Virus record (IMG/VR): IMGVR_UViG_3300033156_001123
Coordinates: 1 to 56,883 of that record
Direction: 5' to 3' (one strand)
From: a virus
Lineage: Duplodnaviria; Caudoviricetes
DNA: 56,883 bases
The notes under the pieces were generated by a model. It ran no database searches and was not told the DNA's origin. It saw only the letters and a program-made list of their open reading frames with translations. Shown in pieces: positions 28,064-37,992 of this stretch. The translations under genes were made by a program, and so were the position numbers. Every line of letters starts with the position of its first letter. Positions within the stretch are counted from its first letter, which is position 1.

Positions 28064-29101
28064 TCAAGGAGATGCCACACCATTCCTATCAACTTGGAAA
28101 TAGAGCCCTAAATGAACTAAAGCAGCATCTACTCCATAGTCATCTGCATCAGCATCTCTGTAAATCCTCATTGAGACAGTATCCTTAGCTTGAACCCCTG
28201 TCCCTGATATCGTTATGAAATCTGTTAATAAAAGTTCATTTGCAAGACCTTCTGCTGAATCAGTTACAGTTGCGGTAGTAGTTGCAACTGTTAGAACCTC
28301 ATCGTTATCTGGAGTTACAATCGTATATTCCGTTGCCCAAACAACATCACCCGTTGATGCATCAGTTGGTGCCCAAGCAAATCTTAACTTTATATCAGAG
28401 CCTGGATCATAATTATCAGGCACTGCCCACTCATAATATATCTCTTCATCATTGGTAGCATCAAAGAGAAGAACTGGAGTAACGCCAATTTCACCCTCAG
28501 CTGGATAATTAGTTCCAGGTTTGTAAAACTGTGTAATATGCGCCCTTTGCTCTTCCCACACAGGTGTCCACTGAAGCTCTCCTGATGCATTTTCAAAGCC
28601 TACTTTATACTGCGTGTCATCTCTATCCCAAATAAACCACCACCGGTTATCATCTGTGTCCTCCCAGAGGGCTACTCGGCCAGTGGTTATATTAGGTTCT
28701 GTAGTTTGGGAGTAAAAATCAACTTCCGTTATCTTAGCTCGGAAAAGGACACTAGCAGTATGTAGCGCAAACTTTTCCTCCCATACAATAGCTCCCGTTC
28801 CAGCTCCAGCAGAGTAAAATCTCGCAAAATCTCCTGTAGAAAGATTTATCCTCCAGCACGTTTTACTCTCATCAATCCTATACCAGTTACCGCTTGCCTC
28901 ATCGTAGTAGGCATTGACCACAAGGTTTAACTCATCTTTACTCCTTATCCGCTCAACATTGAATAATTCGTGGTCATTAGCGTCTACATCTCTCATCCAA
29001 TAATAGATATTCGGAGAATAACCCATATAACGAGCATTACAAATTGATGCTATATTCAATAATAAAACTGTTATTAGCCCAATAAATTCAAGTTTTTTCA
29101 T
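28064..29101 (-). CDS. putative virion/fibre-like protein with signal-peptide-like N-terminus
   Basis: MKKLEFIGLITVLLLNIASICNA; acidic, beta-rich C-terminal domain (LFDATNDEEIY...RIYRDADADDY). Confidence 0.6.
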   Translation of the reverse strand: MKKLEFIGLITVLLLNIASICNARYMGYSPNIYYWMRDVDANDHELFNVERIRSKDELNLVVNAYYDEASGNWYRIDESKTCWRINLSTGDFARFYSAGAGTGAIVWEEKFALHTASVLFRAKITEVDFYSQTTEPNITTGRVALWEDTDDNRWWFIWDRDDTQYKVGFENASGELQWTPVWEEQRAHITQFYKPGTNYPAEGEIGVTPVLLFDATNDEEIYYEWAVPDNYDPGSDIKLRFAWAPTDASTGDVVWATEYTIVTPDNDEVLTVATTTATVTDSAEGLANELLLTDFITISGTGVQAKDTVSMRIYRDADADDYGVDAALVHLGLYFQVDRNGVASP

Positions 29102-29103
29102 CT

Positions 29104-29409
29104 TTAACTCCCTTCAAGTATTCTCACATCTTCGGTCCCTGAAGCTACTATACCATATAGAACCACACCAACATCCAATTTAAAACTATATGAACCTCCT
29201 GGGGGCATCGGCAAGCCATTTCCCACAGTAACATTTGCATCTCCGAGGTAAACAGTATTTGAGCCGTTGTTATATACGATTATGCTTCTTCGGTGATTTA
29301 GTGCTGTGGTGGGTAACGGAGTAGGAGTAGTTCCTACATTAACCTGGTTCGGTTTAATAGCTCCTGTTAACCAGTCTCCTACTGGTAGTCTATTCTTAGT
29401 TAATGCCAT
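29104..29409 (-). CDS. small beta-sandwich virion (decoration-like) protein
   Basis: RRSIIVYNNGSNTVYLG...G.PMPPG...LYGI; located after the capsid gene. Confidence 0.55.
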   Translation of the reverse strand: MALTKNRLPVGDWLTGAIKPNQVNVGTTPTPLPTTALNHRRSIIVYNNGSNTVYLGDANVTVGNGLPMPPGGSYSFKLDVGVVLYGIVASGTEDVRILEGS

Positions 29410-29415
29410 TAGTTA

Positions 29416-29604
29416 TCACCTGCTTTTTGGTCTTCTTTTAATCTTTTCTTTTTTCAGCTTCTCCTGTCTCAATTTTGCTTCTTGTTTTTTCTTCCTCTTA
29501 ATTTCGTCCAACTCCTGCCACTGCTTCAATATCTCCTTATTGGCTGGTCTCTTAATAGGTTTAATCACCACAGGTATACCACTATACCCTGAAGAAATAC
29601 TCAT
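29416..29604 (-). CDS. small basic hypothetical protein
   Basis: GGAGGT RBS; 62 aa, Lys-rich. Confidence 0.6.
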   Translation of the reverse strand: MSISSGYSGIPVVIKPIKRPANKEILKQWQELDEIKRKKKQEAKLRQEKLKKEKIKRRPKSR

Positions 29605-29618
29605 TTAATTAACCTCCT

Positions 29619-29658
29619 TTAAAAAATGGGTAGGAGCCAACACAAGCTACCTACCCAT
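29619..29658 (-). terminator. Rho-independent terminator after the major capsid gene
   Basis: minus strand ATGGGTAGG-TAGC...GCT-CCTACCCAT followed by a T run. Confidence 0.8.
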
Positions 29659-29704
29659 ATTTGAAGAGGAGCGACAACATACCAGCTCCTTTATCTCAAT
29701 ATTT

Positions 29705-30658
29705 TTAATATTCTGTCCTGACCCATTTATCTGGTTCCAAAATATCAGCATCAAATCTTGCCTTAGCTCTGGCATTTTCTGTGTCTCGTAATAAATCTTG
29801 CCATTGCTTAATCTGTAGCATTAATCTCCTTAAAAATACACAGCCTCCTCCAGTCTTCGCTTTTCCGATGTAATAATAATCAGAATCCACATACGGAGAG
29901 CATATAATATTCAGCACATTCTGAAATACATTAGTTCCACCAGCTGCTACAGTCCCACCAATATTAGCAGTTACAGTTAGAGAAGTATTAATTAATTCCC
30001 TGGCCTGATACAAATGAGTAGGATCAACAATTATCACATCAGGAGCAATAGGATCTCTCTCAGCTCTTCCTCCTGCTGTTACAGTTCTGTTCATCAAGGT
30101 TGCAATAGCCGATTCGAGAGCCGCTGCATTCAATCCAGTATTAGTATTCTGATTCATCGAAGCTCCCCGAGTAGTAAAAGCCCCAAAAGCTATTTCATCT
30201 TCTTTCTGTTTAAACCTGTGACCAACTACCCTTAAACACCACCCCATAACATCAACTTCTGCATCTTCCAGCATCTCCTCAGTGAAACCCAGCAAACACT
30301 CAAATTTCCTTGGTTTCATAGTCGCTTCACCAGACACAGGTCCTGTAAAGTGCTTCTCCTGTCCGCTAATCGCCTCATAAACATGAATACCTTTCAGTCC
30401 TGGGAAATCAATCTCCTTACCTTTAGTCATTGTGACCAAGTCGAATACTTGTGGCCACAATGCCACATGTTCCATATAACCATCCAGCAATTTGGTATTA
30501 AAAGCTGTTCTTAACAGCTCTGGCATCTCTGAAGTCGTACGAGCTTCCTTCAGCAGTTTTCTAATCACTCTTTGCTGAGCTTCTGTCCAGCCTGAAGTCT
30601 GAACCGCTGTCTCTCTTAAGTCTTGCACACTAATCAATTCTGTATCGTTATTTTTCAT
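29705..30658 (-). CDS. major capsid protein (HK97 fold, Mu gpT-like)
   Basis: LLKEARTTSEMPELL...KLLDGY, FTEEMLEDAEVD, PDVIIVDP, ICSPYV; position after protease and cement genes. Confidence 0.88.
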   Translation of the reverse strand: MKNNDTELISVQDLRETAVQTSGWTEAQQRVIRKLLKEARTTSEMPELLRTAFNTKLLDGYMEHVALWPQVFDLVTMTKGKEIDFPGLKGIHVYEAISGQEKHFTGPVSGEATMKPRKFECLLGFTEEMLEDAEVDVMGWCLRVVGHRFKQKEDEIAFGAFTTRGASMNQNTNTGLNAAALESAIATLMNRTVTAGGRAERDPIAPDVIIVDPTHLYQARELINTSLTVTANIGGTVAAGGTNVFQNVLNIICSPYVDSDYYYIGKAKTGGGCVFLRRLMLQIKQWQDLLRDTENARAKARFDADILEPDKWVRTEY

Positions 30659-30693
30659 TTTATTAAATCACCTCCATCGCTTTCAAGCTTAAA

Positions 30694-31161
30694 TTATAAG
30701 TACGGATTAGCCTGGTTATAACAATATGGTGAACGCTTCTGAACTGGAGTAATAAATACCTCCACAATTTCACCACTCGCAGATCCTGGTGTTGAAGATT
30801 CTGCTACTCCTACTGAAATTTCTTGGTCTCTACCACCACCCAAATCAACTGTATTGCTCCCAGTAGCATACACATAATTTCCAGGTTTTATTGCCTGAGC
30901 AACAGAAGTTGTAAATTCAAATACACCAGTCTGCCAAAGCAAAACTTCTTCTCCTTCAGCAGCTTTAGTCTCAGCCACACCTGCTATCCCTCCTCTACCA
31001 AACAGTAACATAGGGTCAGCTGCAGGTCTTGCTTTACCTGCTCCATCTAAATAGCACATGTCTCCAGCTTCAATGTTTGCTCCAGCTGTAAACTTACTCA
31101 ATATTCCCGCTCTCACATAGTTCTCTAATGAAGAATTATATGTCATTATTTTCCTGCTCAT
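30694..31161 (-). CDS. capsid cement/decoration protein (DUF2190-like)
   Basis: AGANIEAGD...GVAE...GEEV...GVFEF...G.YVY. Confidence 0.75.
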   Translation of the reverse strand: MSRKIMTYNSSLENYVRAGILSKFTAGANIEAGDMCYLDGAGKARPAADPMLLFGRGGIAGVAETKAAEGEEVLLWQTGVFEFTTSVAQAIKPGNYVYATGSNTVDLGGGRDQEISVGVAESSTPGSASGEIVEVFITPVQKRSPYCYNQANPYL

Positions 31162-31195
31162 TTAATTAAATCACCTCCTAATAACTCTCTGTAAC

Positions 31196-32836
31196 TTAAT
31201 CCTCGTCCTCTTCGTCATAAATTCTCTGTATATTCTCAGCCAAATTCCACAGTTTCTCATTACCTTCTTTTAAAATATCTGCTTCAGTTTTAGATGTTGT
31301 TTTTGTTGCTCCTACTGGAGGTTTACCATACACCAAAGTCTTCTTCTCTCTGGTAAGTGGAACCAATTCCTTAATATAGTCAAGCTCTGCTTTAAGAGAT
31401 TCTTCTACTTCCTTTTCGTTACTACCAACCACTCTCTTCCTCAATAACTCCTTAACCTTATCATCAACATCCAGCTCTTCAATTTTCTTATTAATAAACT
31501 CTTCTAACTTTTTCTGCTCTATTTCTGCTTTTAGTTTATCCCGTTCCTGTTCAGCAGCCACTAATTTAGTCTCCAGCTCTTTAATCTTCTCTTGTAATTT
31601 ATCAAATTCTTCTTGTAGCTTTTCTTTTTCAGTACTCAATTCCTCAACTTCAGTACTCAATTCCTCAACTTGTGCAGCTAAAGTCTCCTTAGCATCCTCA
31701 ATCAGATCCTGAACTTCGCTCATCTGGAGTAATTCCTCCTTTGTCATATTTTCAACACCTCCCTTGTTTTCATACACTTCTTTAACTTTTGCTCCTGGTA
31801 TTGCTCCCTCTAATACGAGATCAATACCTTTCAAATGCATTTCTAATACTCTTTCTCTTTTGTGACCATTGACTTTTTCAGTCATTAAATTACCTTCCGC
31901 CCTTATGGACAGCTCCTGTGAACCGGCTGGTCTGAATTTCAGTAATTCTTGCGCATCCTTACCCAAAGACGTATTATTTAACTCAGCAACAAAAGTAACT
32001 TCTCCATTGTCATTTAAATCTATCTCGACAGGTCTGCCAACAATCCTACTGGGGTCATCACCTGTCGGATGGCCCATCATAATTGTTAATTTTTCAATAT
32101 TCTCTTTAGCCTCTTTAACTGCTGATTCTACTACTTCTCTCGGATAAAATCTACCATTGGCACTTTCTGCATTTGCTTTTAAAGCTACCCCACTGAATCT
32201 GAACGGTTTTTCTTTATCTTCTTCTATCCAGTCCAAACTAATAACATTCTCTGTGATTTCTTGATTCTTGCGAATTGTGCCTTCTGATAACTTTGGAGTT
32301 CTCTTTGGAGGTTTACTTTCTTTAATCAATTCAGCTATTTTATTCAGCTCACTAATATTCATACTTTTCAGTTTAGCTATTGCTTCAGTAGTATTCTGGA
32401 TTGCCAATTCTTTAGAAGCATAATAACCATATTTGGGTGCTAATAGATTCCTAATCTGGGTTAACTTGGTTTGTGTCGCTTTGTCTTTTATTGTCTTAAT
32501 TAATTTATCTAACAGACTGAGTGCTTTCTTAAACTGTTTGTTATATTTACCATAATAACCATAACCATAATAACCATAGCCATACTTGCCATAATCACCA
32601 TATTTTCCATATTTACCATACTTCTTAGTTACTTTTTTAGCTTCATCAGAGCCTCTCATCATATTGCCACATTTTGGGCATTTTATTTGGGTACAAGGAA
32701 TCGATTTGCCCAACCCAATCTTTTTGTGAACAACTTTATAACCACATACTGGACAGACACAATATTTAGCTCCCCCATCTGCTTGAGGGTAACCTCCTAC
32801 ACCTTTACCATAGCCTCTTGCTTCTATAATGCCCAA
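31196..32836 (-). CDS. T4 gp21-type prohead protease fused to a scaffold, with N-terminal Cys-rich and Tyr/Gly-rich extension
   Basis: SANGRFYPREV, GHP, TSLGK, LSIRAEG, IDLV; C-terminal coiled coil. Confidence 0.85.
   Translation of the reverse strand: MGIIEARGYGKGVGGYPQADGGAKYCVCPVCGYKVVHKKIGLGKSIPCTQIKCPKCGNMMRGSDEAKKVTKKYGKYGKYGDYGKYGYGYYGYGYYGKYNKQFKKALSLLDKLIKTIKDKATQTKLTQIRNLLAPKYGYYASKELAIQNTTEAIAKLKSMNISELNKIAELIKESKPPKRTPKLSEGTIRKNQEITENVISLDWIEEDKEKPFRFSGVALKANAESANGRFYPREVVESAVKEAKENIEKLTIMMGHPTGDDPSRIVGRPVEIDLNDNGEVTFVAELNNTSLGKDAQELLKFRPAGSQELSIRAEGNLMTEKVNGHKRERVLEMHLKGIDLVLEGAIPGAKVKEVYENKGGVENMTKEELLQMSEVQDLIEDAKETLAAQVEELSTEVEELSTEKEKLQEEFDKLQEKIKELETKLVAAEQERDKLKAEIEQKKLEEFINKKIEELDVDDKVKELLRKRVVGSNEKEVEESLKAELDYIKELVPLTREKKTLVYGKPPVGATKTTSKTEADILKEGNEKLWNLAENIQRIYDEEDED
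31630..31671. repeat. perfect 21-bp tandem duplication (VEELSTE x2) in the scaffold coiled coil
   Basis: CAGTACTCAATTCCTCAACTT twice. Confidence 0.95.
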
Positions 32837-32876
32837 AATTTTTCACCTCCTCTTATAATAATTAAAATATGATTTT

Positions 32877-35693
32877 TTATTCATCCTTGAAAAAAGTTTG
32901 ATCCTTAGGTCTTTTGGCTATCCAAATTCGCTTGCCGTCAGCAATTGGAGCATACATGAATAACCATCTACCTGACAAATTTTTGTTCCTTGTGAAATTG
33001 AACTCAAATTCTTTAATATGTTCTTCTTGTTTGTGAGCTTTCCAATCTATGAAATCTATTATTATCATTACTGCATATGACTTACTGAATGCACCCACTT
33101 CTCCTGGCTCAAATATGGCTGGGCTCTTTTTACCAAAATCCAGCCATGACAAAGGTCCTCTAATTACCTCAGCCTCACCTTCACCTTTTCTGGGCTGTTT
33201 CCACATAAACCGTAAGCTGTCTCCAGGTTTATAATCTGCCAACTTATCAAGCCCTTTAATATTGCCAATTAGTATTTCTCCACCTTCCCAATAATTCTTA
33301 CCTGAAGGATGTAATCTTAAGTCTATGTGACAACCCGCTGAAATTAACGATTGCATTATATCTCTAAAAGGTTTAAGACCTTTTCTAACGGCTGCCATGA
33401 TTCTTAATGAATTCCTCATGATTTTCTTCACCCCATCCTCAGTTAAACCCATTATGTGTAGTTGAAGAACCCCATCACCTTTCATTCTTTTAGTAATAGT
33501 AATATTCCCTCTCTCTCCTGCTTCACCTTCCTTTTTTGCTTCAATGATAACAAAACTTTCACTTGATGATATCAATTTACTCTTTTTCAACTCATCTCTC
33601 ACATCAGGGCTAATCTGCAATATACCTGCAGCATAAGCTCTCTTAATTATTTCTTCAGCTGTCTCTGGATTCTTTCTGGCTAATTCTATGTCTCGAACTG
33701 CTGGTACAACTGCACCAATTAGCCAACGACCATCTTTGAATTTTGGTATAATTTCTTGTGCGGTTATGGTCAGTATATCGCCAGGGTTCGCTTTCACAGT
33801 TGTGTTAAAAGTTTTACCCAAAGTCTCCAACTTACCTTTAGACAAATACCCAACAGTATAATTGAACACATTAGTAGTACCTTTAACAGAATTCCTTTTT
33901 ATTACTTGAACCTTGAATTCAACTATTGTTTTAATTTTAGCCCAGGCAGGGGTCTGTCCAGTTAAAGGATATGTAGAATCAGTTACTTTACACACAGCCC
34001 CTTCTGAACCCTCAACTTTACTAACCTTCTGAATATCTTTTATCAAGTCTGCTTTACTGCCAGAAATGTTTTTAGGAGATAGCTTGAAAATTTTAAAGTC
34101 ATACTTAGCAAAAATATTCTCTAATTGCTCTCTACGGACAGTCCAAGGTTCATTGTGTAAATCTTTATCATCATAATACAGACAGTCAAACACATGGCAC
34201 ACTAAAGTTCCTTTTACTCCTGCTGGCGTTTCAAACTTGCGATAAACTTTATCTTTAGTAGTGCCCCAGTAAGCTAAGTCTTTCCTGGCTATAACTTTAC
34301 CACCTGGACCAATAGCTCCCAATTCAGCGTCCAATATAACTGGCTTGTCTATAACTTTCAAGTCCGCTACCAAGTCTGGAAACTGATTGCTTCTATCTCT
34401 TTTAGAATCCTCAAAGTAAATTAAAGTGTTACCATTGTCTTTTTGCAAAACAGTTCTCCAACCGTTGTATTTAATCTCTGTGTCTATTTTCTTACCTCTC
34501 TTCAAATAAGCATCAGCCCACTTATCCACAAAAGTTTTAATATCATAATATTCCTGCATAGTATATCCACTTGAGGTCTTGAGTGGAGTAAAAATCTGGA
34601 GTGGCTTGAGATTTTTACTTTCAAGTACTTCATCTATCCCAGAATTTTTAACACACTTCAATTTGCCAACCAAATACACAGCATCCCACTCAGGATCGTC
34701 ATATTCTTCCAACTTTTCTATTTCAAACTTGGGATATATGAAATGGCTTTTGCGCAAATTGTCTTCACAAAAAAATTGTATAGTAACCGCATTCCACATA
34801 CTCTTGTGGGTAGGATTGCCGAATGCTCCTTGTCCTTTAGTACTGGGAAATTCAAATTCAAAGATGCCTCCAGGTTTCAATACCCTCCAAATCTCTGACA
34901 TAATGAAGAAATGGTTGCTCAGATGTTCAAGTGAATGTTTAGCCAACACATAATCCACAGAATCATTGGGAAATGGTATGCCATGTTCTAAGTTCCAATA
35001 TAAGTCGGGATGCCCAGTAATATCAATATTAACAAAACCAGGTAGCTTATTATCACCACAGCCTAAATTCAGCTTGATAACTTTTTTATTCTCTGTACTT
35101 TTACCCTCATTAACCTTAACAATACCTTTGTCCTTAGCTCTTAACACCAAATCGAACAAAGGCACATAGTCATCATGAGGACCTTCTGGGTTATATACCC
35201 AATGATATTCTTTATTCTGCCTGCCGAGAGTCTTAGCAACCAGCACTTCTAAACTTGGATCTCTGGGTGGTCTTCTGAACAATATGTCTATGTCTTCATA
35301 ATTGTCTTTCTTGACACTGCTACCTATCTGGCACACAAAGTCAGGAATATATACTACATCTTTTTCGTTCTTTAACTTCAAGCTCTCTGTCACATCTGAC
35401 AATTCCTTGCCAATTCTGCTCAATATTTTCTTTAATAGCTCTAAACTACTTTTCTTCATCTTGTCTGGGTGGAAAACTATTATCTTTCTCTTCAGCATTT
35501 CTCTCACTATTTTTTCTGCAAATTCAATCAAATCCTCAATTTTAGCAAATTCAGTCTTCCCACCCTTCTTCATTACACTATACTTAGCACACAATAACCT
35601 CCAATCATCCCTCAATTGGTCATCCCTTACTTTACTCGCATCATAGCCCTTAACTTTAAATTCATTTATTTTTATTTTTATCACCCCTCCCAA
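32877..35693 (-). CDS. multidomain protein: NTase-like, SAM methyltransferase, ATP-dependent DNA ligase/OB and LigD-phosphoesterase-like domains
   Basis: QIGSS...DIDIL; LNLGCG...EIWRVLKPGG; EIKYNGWR, LDAEL, VFDCLY, EGAVCK, WAKIK; LQLH...HIDLRL. Confidence 0.8.
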   Translation of the reverse strand: MGGVIKIKINEFKVKGYDASKVRDDQLRDDWRLLCAKYSVMKKGGKTEFAKIEDLIEFAEKIVREMLKRKIIVFHPDKMKKSSLELLKKILSRIGKELSDVTESLKLKNEKDVVYIPDFVCQIGSSVKKDNYEDIDILFRRPPRDPSLEVLVAKTLGRQNKEYHWVYNPEGPHDDYVPLFDLVLRAKDKGIVKVNEGKSTENKKVIKLNLGCGDNKLPGFVNIDITGHPDLYWNLEHGIPFPNDSVDYVLAKHSLEHLSNHFFIMSEIWRVLKPGGIFEFEFPSTKGQGAFGNPTHKSMWNAVTIQFFCEDNLRKSHFIYPKFEIEKLEEYDDPEWDAVYLVGKLKCVKNSGIDEVLESKNLKPLQIFTPLKTSSGYTMQEYYDIKTFVDKWADAYLKRGKKIDTEIKYNGWRTVLQKDNGNTLIYFEDSKRDRSNQFPDLVADLKVIDKPVILDAELGAIGPGGKVIARKDLAYWGTTKDKVYRKFETPAGVKGTLVCHVFDCLYYDDKDLHNEPWTVRREQLENIFAKYDFKIFKLSPKNISGSKADLIKDIQKVSKVEGSEGAVCKVTDSTYPLTGQTPAWAKIKTIVEFKVQVIKRNSVKGTTNVFNYTVGYLSKGKLETLGKTFNTTVKANPGDILTITAQEIIPKFKDGRWLIGAVVPAVRDIELARKNPETAEEIIKRAYAAGILQISPDVRDELKKSKLISSSESFVIIEAKKEGEAGERGNITITKRMKGDGVLQLHIMGLTEDGVKKIMRNSLRIMAAVRKGLKPFRDIMQSLISAGCHIDLRLHPSGKNYWEGGEILIGNIKGLDKLADYKPGDSLRFMWKQPRKGEGEAEVIRGPLSWLDFGKKSPAIFEPGEVGAFSKSYAVMIIIDFIDWKAHKQEEHIKEFEFNFTRNKNLSGRWLFMYAPIADGKRIWIAKRPKDQTFFKDE

Positions 35694-35823
35694 TAAACAA
35701 TTTTAATTCTTCCAATTCTAAACAGAGCTTCTCCACTAAATCACTAAAAGCCACACTCTCCTTTTTTAACCATTCCTTCAATTCATCAATTTTGTATTCA
35801 ATTTCTTCCCTCAATCTGACCAT
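35662..35823 (-). CDS. 53-aa hypothetical protein (not in ORF track)
   Basis: MVRLREEIEYKIDELKEWL...; fills the gap between neighbouring genes. Confidence 0.5.
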   Translation of the reverse strand: MVRLREEIEYKIDELKEWLKKESVAFSDLVEKLCLELEELKLFIGRGDKNKNK

Positions 35824-36020
35824 CTCACTGGTGTGCTTTTCTTTGGTTTCAAGTCATATTCTCTCTCCAATTTGTCAATTACTATATCAGCCACAACTTC
35901 ACCAACTTCATCAATGTTCAAATAGTTGACAGCTCTCACTCTATCTTTCATCAAGCCTCTATAGTCCATCATTGTCTTGACTATTAACTGTTTTACCTCA
36001 TTTTTCTCTTCCTGTGTCAT
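35811..36020 (-). CDS. hypothetical protein
   Basis: AGGAGG RBS; 69 aa. Confidence 0.7.
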   Translation of the reverse strand: MTQEEKNEVKQLIVKTMMDYRGLMKDRVRAVNYLNIDEVGEVVADIVIDKLEREYDLKPKKSTPVRWSD

Positions 36021-36030
36021 TTTAACCTCC

Positions 36031-37371
36031 TTAAAAAAGAAACTTAAGTTGCCTCAATTCGTTTCTTATCCTCCTCCTCGCCATTTCACAGTATTTGGGG
36101 GATATATCTATGCCTATGAATCTTCTCCCAAGCTGGAGGGCAATAAGAGCAGTAGTACCAGACCCAATAAAGGGGTCTAATACTATACCGCTTTCCCATT
36201 CAGCATTGCAACCGCAATCTGTCCAGCCTTCTGTTTTAGTTATATTTCTCATAGCTGGCTTACCTGGCGTTCCCAAAACTCTTGCTTTTCTATCTACTCC
36301 CCAACTTACTCGCTCTTTCCCAATTACTTTCCCTATTCTCACCCTTGCCTTCCCACATTTCTTACAAATCCATTGAGGGCACCCTGCTTTTATCATTGGC
36401 TCAACCAGTTTTTCAGGAAAAGTAGCAAAGTGGGCTTCGGGAAAGGGTTGAGTAGGGATTTGCCAAACATCGCCTGGATTTTTGCCGAGAGGATGGAGTA
36501 GATTAGGATAATTGGGATTATTATAAGTTCTACATTCTTGAGAAAATCCAAATTTTTTCCCATCTCCTTTTCCTTTACCTCCGCTTTTTGAATGTTTATA
36601 TTTTACTCTTTCAATGCTACTTTCTTTTTGTGGTATCCTTATCGCATCTAAATCGAACCAATATTTCCTTTTCTTTGTGAGCATAAATACTGGCTCATAC
36701 TTGTTAGCCATTCTATCTTTCACGGAAGAGGGCATCCCATTGGGCTTATTCCAAATTATAATATTGCGGAGTATCCAACCTTGTTCATCAATCATACGGA
36801 GGATTAAGCGATAGTTCTGGAGACATATACATTTTGGAGTTAATTTTAACTGAGGATTGGGTTTATCAGAATAGAGATTAGGATTGGATAAACTTACCTC
36901 ATTATTGTTCCTATAGTCTCCTTTACCACAGCCAGAGCCTCCATAACAATCTCCATGGTTCCAAAACATTACCCCAGTGGGCTTTAAAATTCTTTTTAAT
37001 TCAGCGGTAATTTGTAATAAATGCTCAATATACATATCAAGAGTGGGTTCTAATCCCAATTGTCCATACCAAGCTCCACATTTTTGGCATAATAACCCTC
37101 CGGGAAGATGAGCAGAAGGTATACTTTCTTTCCAATTTCCATCATTTGTTCCTCTTAGTTTTTTACCTGCTGTGTTAACCCACTTATGCTTGCACTCAGG
37201 GTCTCCTCCCCACATAGTTTTTGTTTCTTCTCCGTAATCTCGGAGGCCCCAGTAGGGAGGAGAGGTAATAATAGTATCCACACACTCATCAGGCATTTCT
37301 TTCAAAACATCAAGAACATGCCCACAGATAATCTGATTCACAAAATCAGAAGGCCAAATTAACTTTTGCAT
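36031..37371 (-). CDS. beta-class N4-C/N6-A DNA methyltransferase
   Basis: TSPPYWG, HFATFP, VLDPFIGSGTT. Confidence 0.93.
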   Translation of the reverse strand: MQKLIWPSDFVNQIICGHVLDVLKEMPDECVDTIITSPPYWGLRDYGEETKTMWGGDPECKHKWVNTAGKKLRGTNDGNWKESIPSAHLPGGLLCQKCGAWYGQLGLEPTLDMYIEHLLQITAELKRILKPTGVMFWNHGDCYGGSGCGKGDYRNNNEVSLSNPNLYSDKPNPQLKLTPKCICLQNYRLILRMIDEQGWILRNIIIWNKPNGMPSSVKDRMANKYEPVFMLTKKRKYWFDLDAIRIPQKESSIERVKYKHSKSGGKGKGDGKKFGFSQECRTYNNPNYPNLLHPLGKNPGDVWQIPTQPFPEAHFATFPEKLVEPMIKAGCPQWICKKCGKARVRIGKVIGKERVSWGVDRKARVLGTPGKPAMRNITKTEGWTDCGCNAEWESGIVLDPFIGSGTTALIALQLGRRFIGIDISPKYCEMARRRIRNELRQLKFLF

Positions 37372-37483
37372 TTTCTCCTCAAGAAAGTTATTTTTTGCAC
37401 TTGTTTCACCCTCTTCTTCAACTTGAAAATATTTTTTACCACTAAAAAATTGCAGCGGGAAATCAATTTTTGGTCAATTTTCT

Positions 37484-37512
37484 ATCGTATTTCAAACATT
37501 CAAATTTGTCAA
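37484..37512 (-). promoter_or_regulatory. sigma70/sigmaA-type promoter
   Basis: TTGACA-N17-TACGAT in a non-coding gap, facing the MTase-ligase-capsid genes. Confidence 0.65.
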
Positions 37513-37522
37513 ATGGTGTCAG

Positions 37523-37602
37523 GGATGGCAGGTTGGGGCTTTAGTGAAATACTGAAAAATAAAAATTTATGTGTAACTCCCCAACCTCCCAACCAGCCAT
37601 CC
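37523..37602. repeat. GC-rich imperfect inverted repeat around an AT-rich core
   Basis: GGATGGCAGGTTGGG (37523-37537) vs CCCAACCAGCCATCC (37588-37602), one mismatch. Confidence 0.75.
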
Positions 37603-37992
37603 AGCGAATCAATTAGGGTTTCAAAAATCCAGCCATCATGAAAAATTATTCACCAGCTACTGGACAGCCAGCAAATAAATATGATACTAATCGTCCTTTG
37701 CAATTTTCTTCCCTATTTTCCAGCAAGCTCCCAATATTGCGAAGACTATTACACTTTCCATTTTATTCTCTCTCTCTTGAAACTTTTCTGCAAATTTCTC
37801 TTTATTTTTTAAACTGCAAAAGAAGTTTTCACAGATAGATATTACATTTGAACATTTTCACAGAATTTACTCTCGGAGATCCTCAAAAATCGGATTACCA
37901 CATCCAGATCGTGTCAAATAGCGAATTTGAAAAAATTGATGTTTTTTCTATTTATGAAAACAATGAATTTTTGTTCAAAGTCAATAGCCAAG

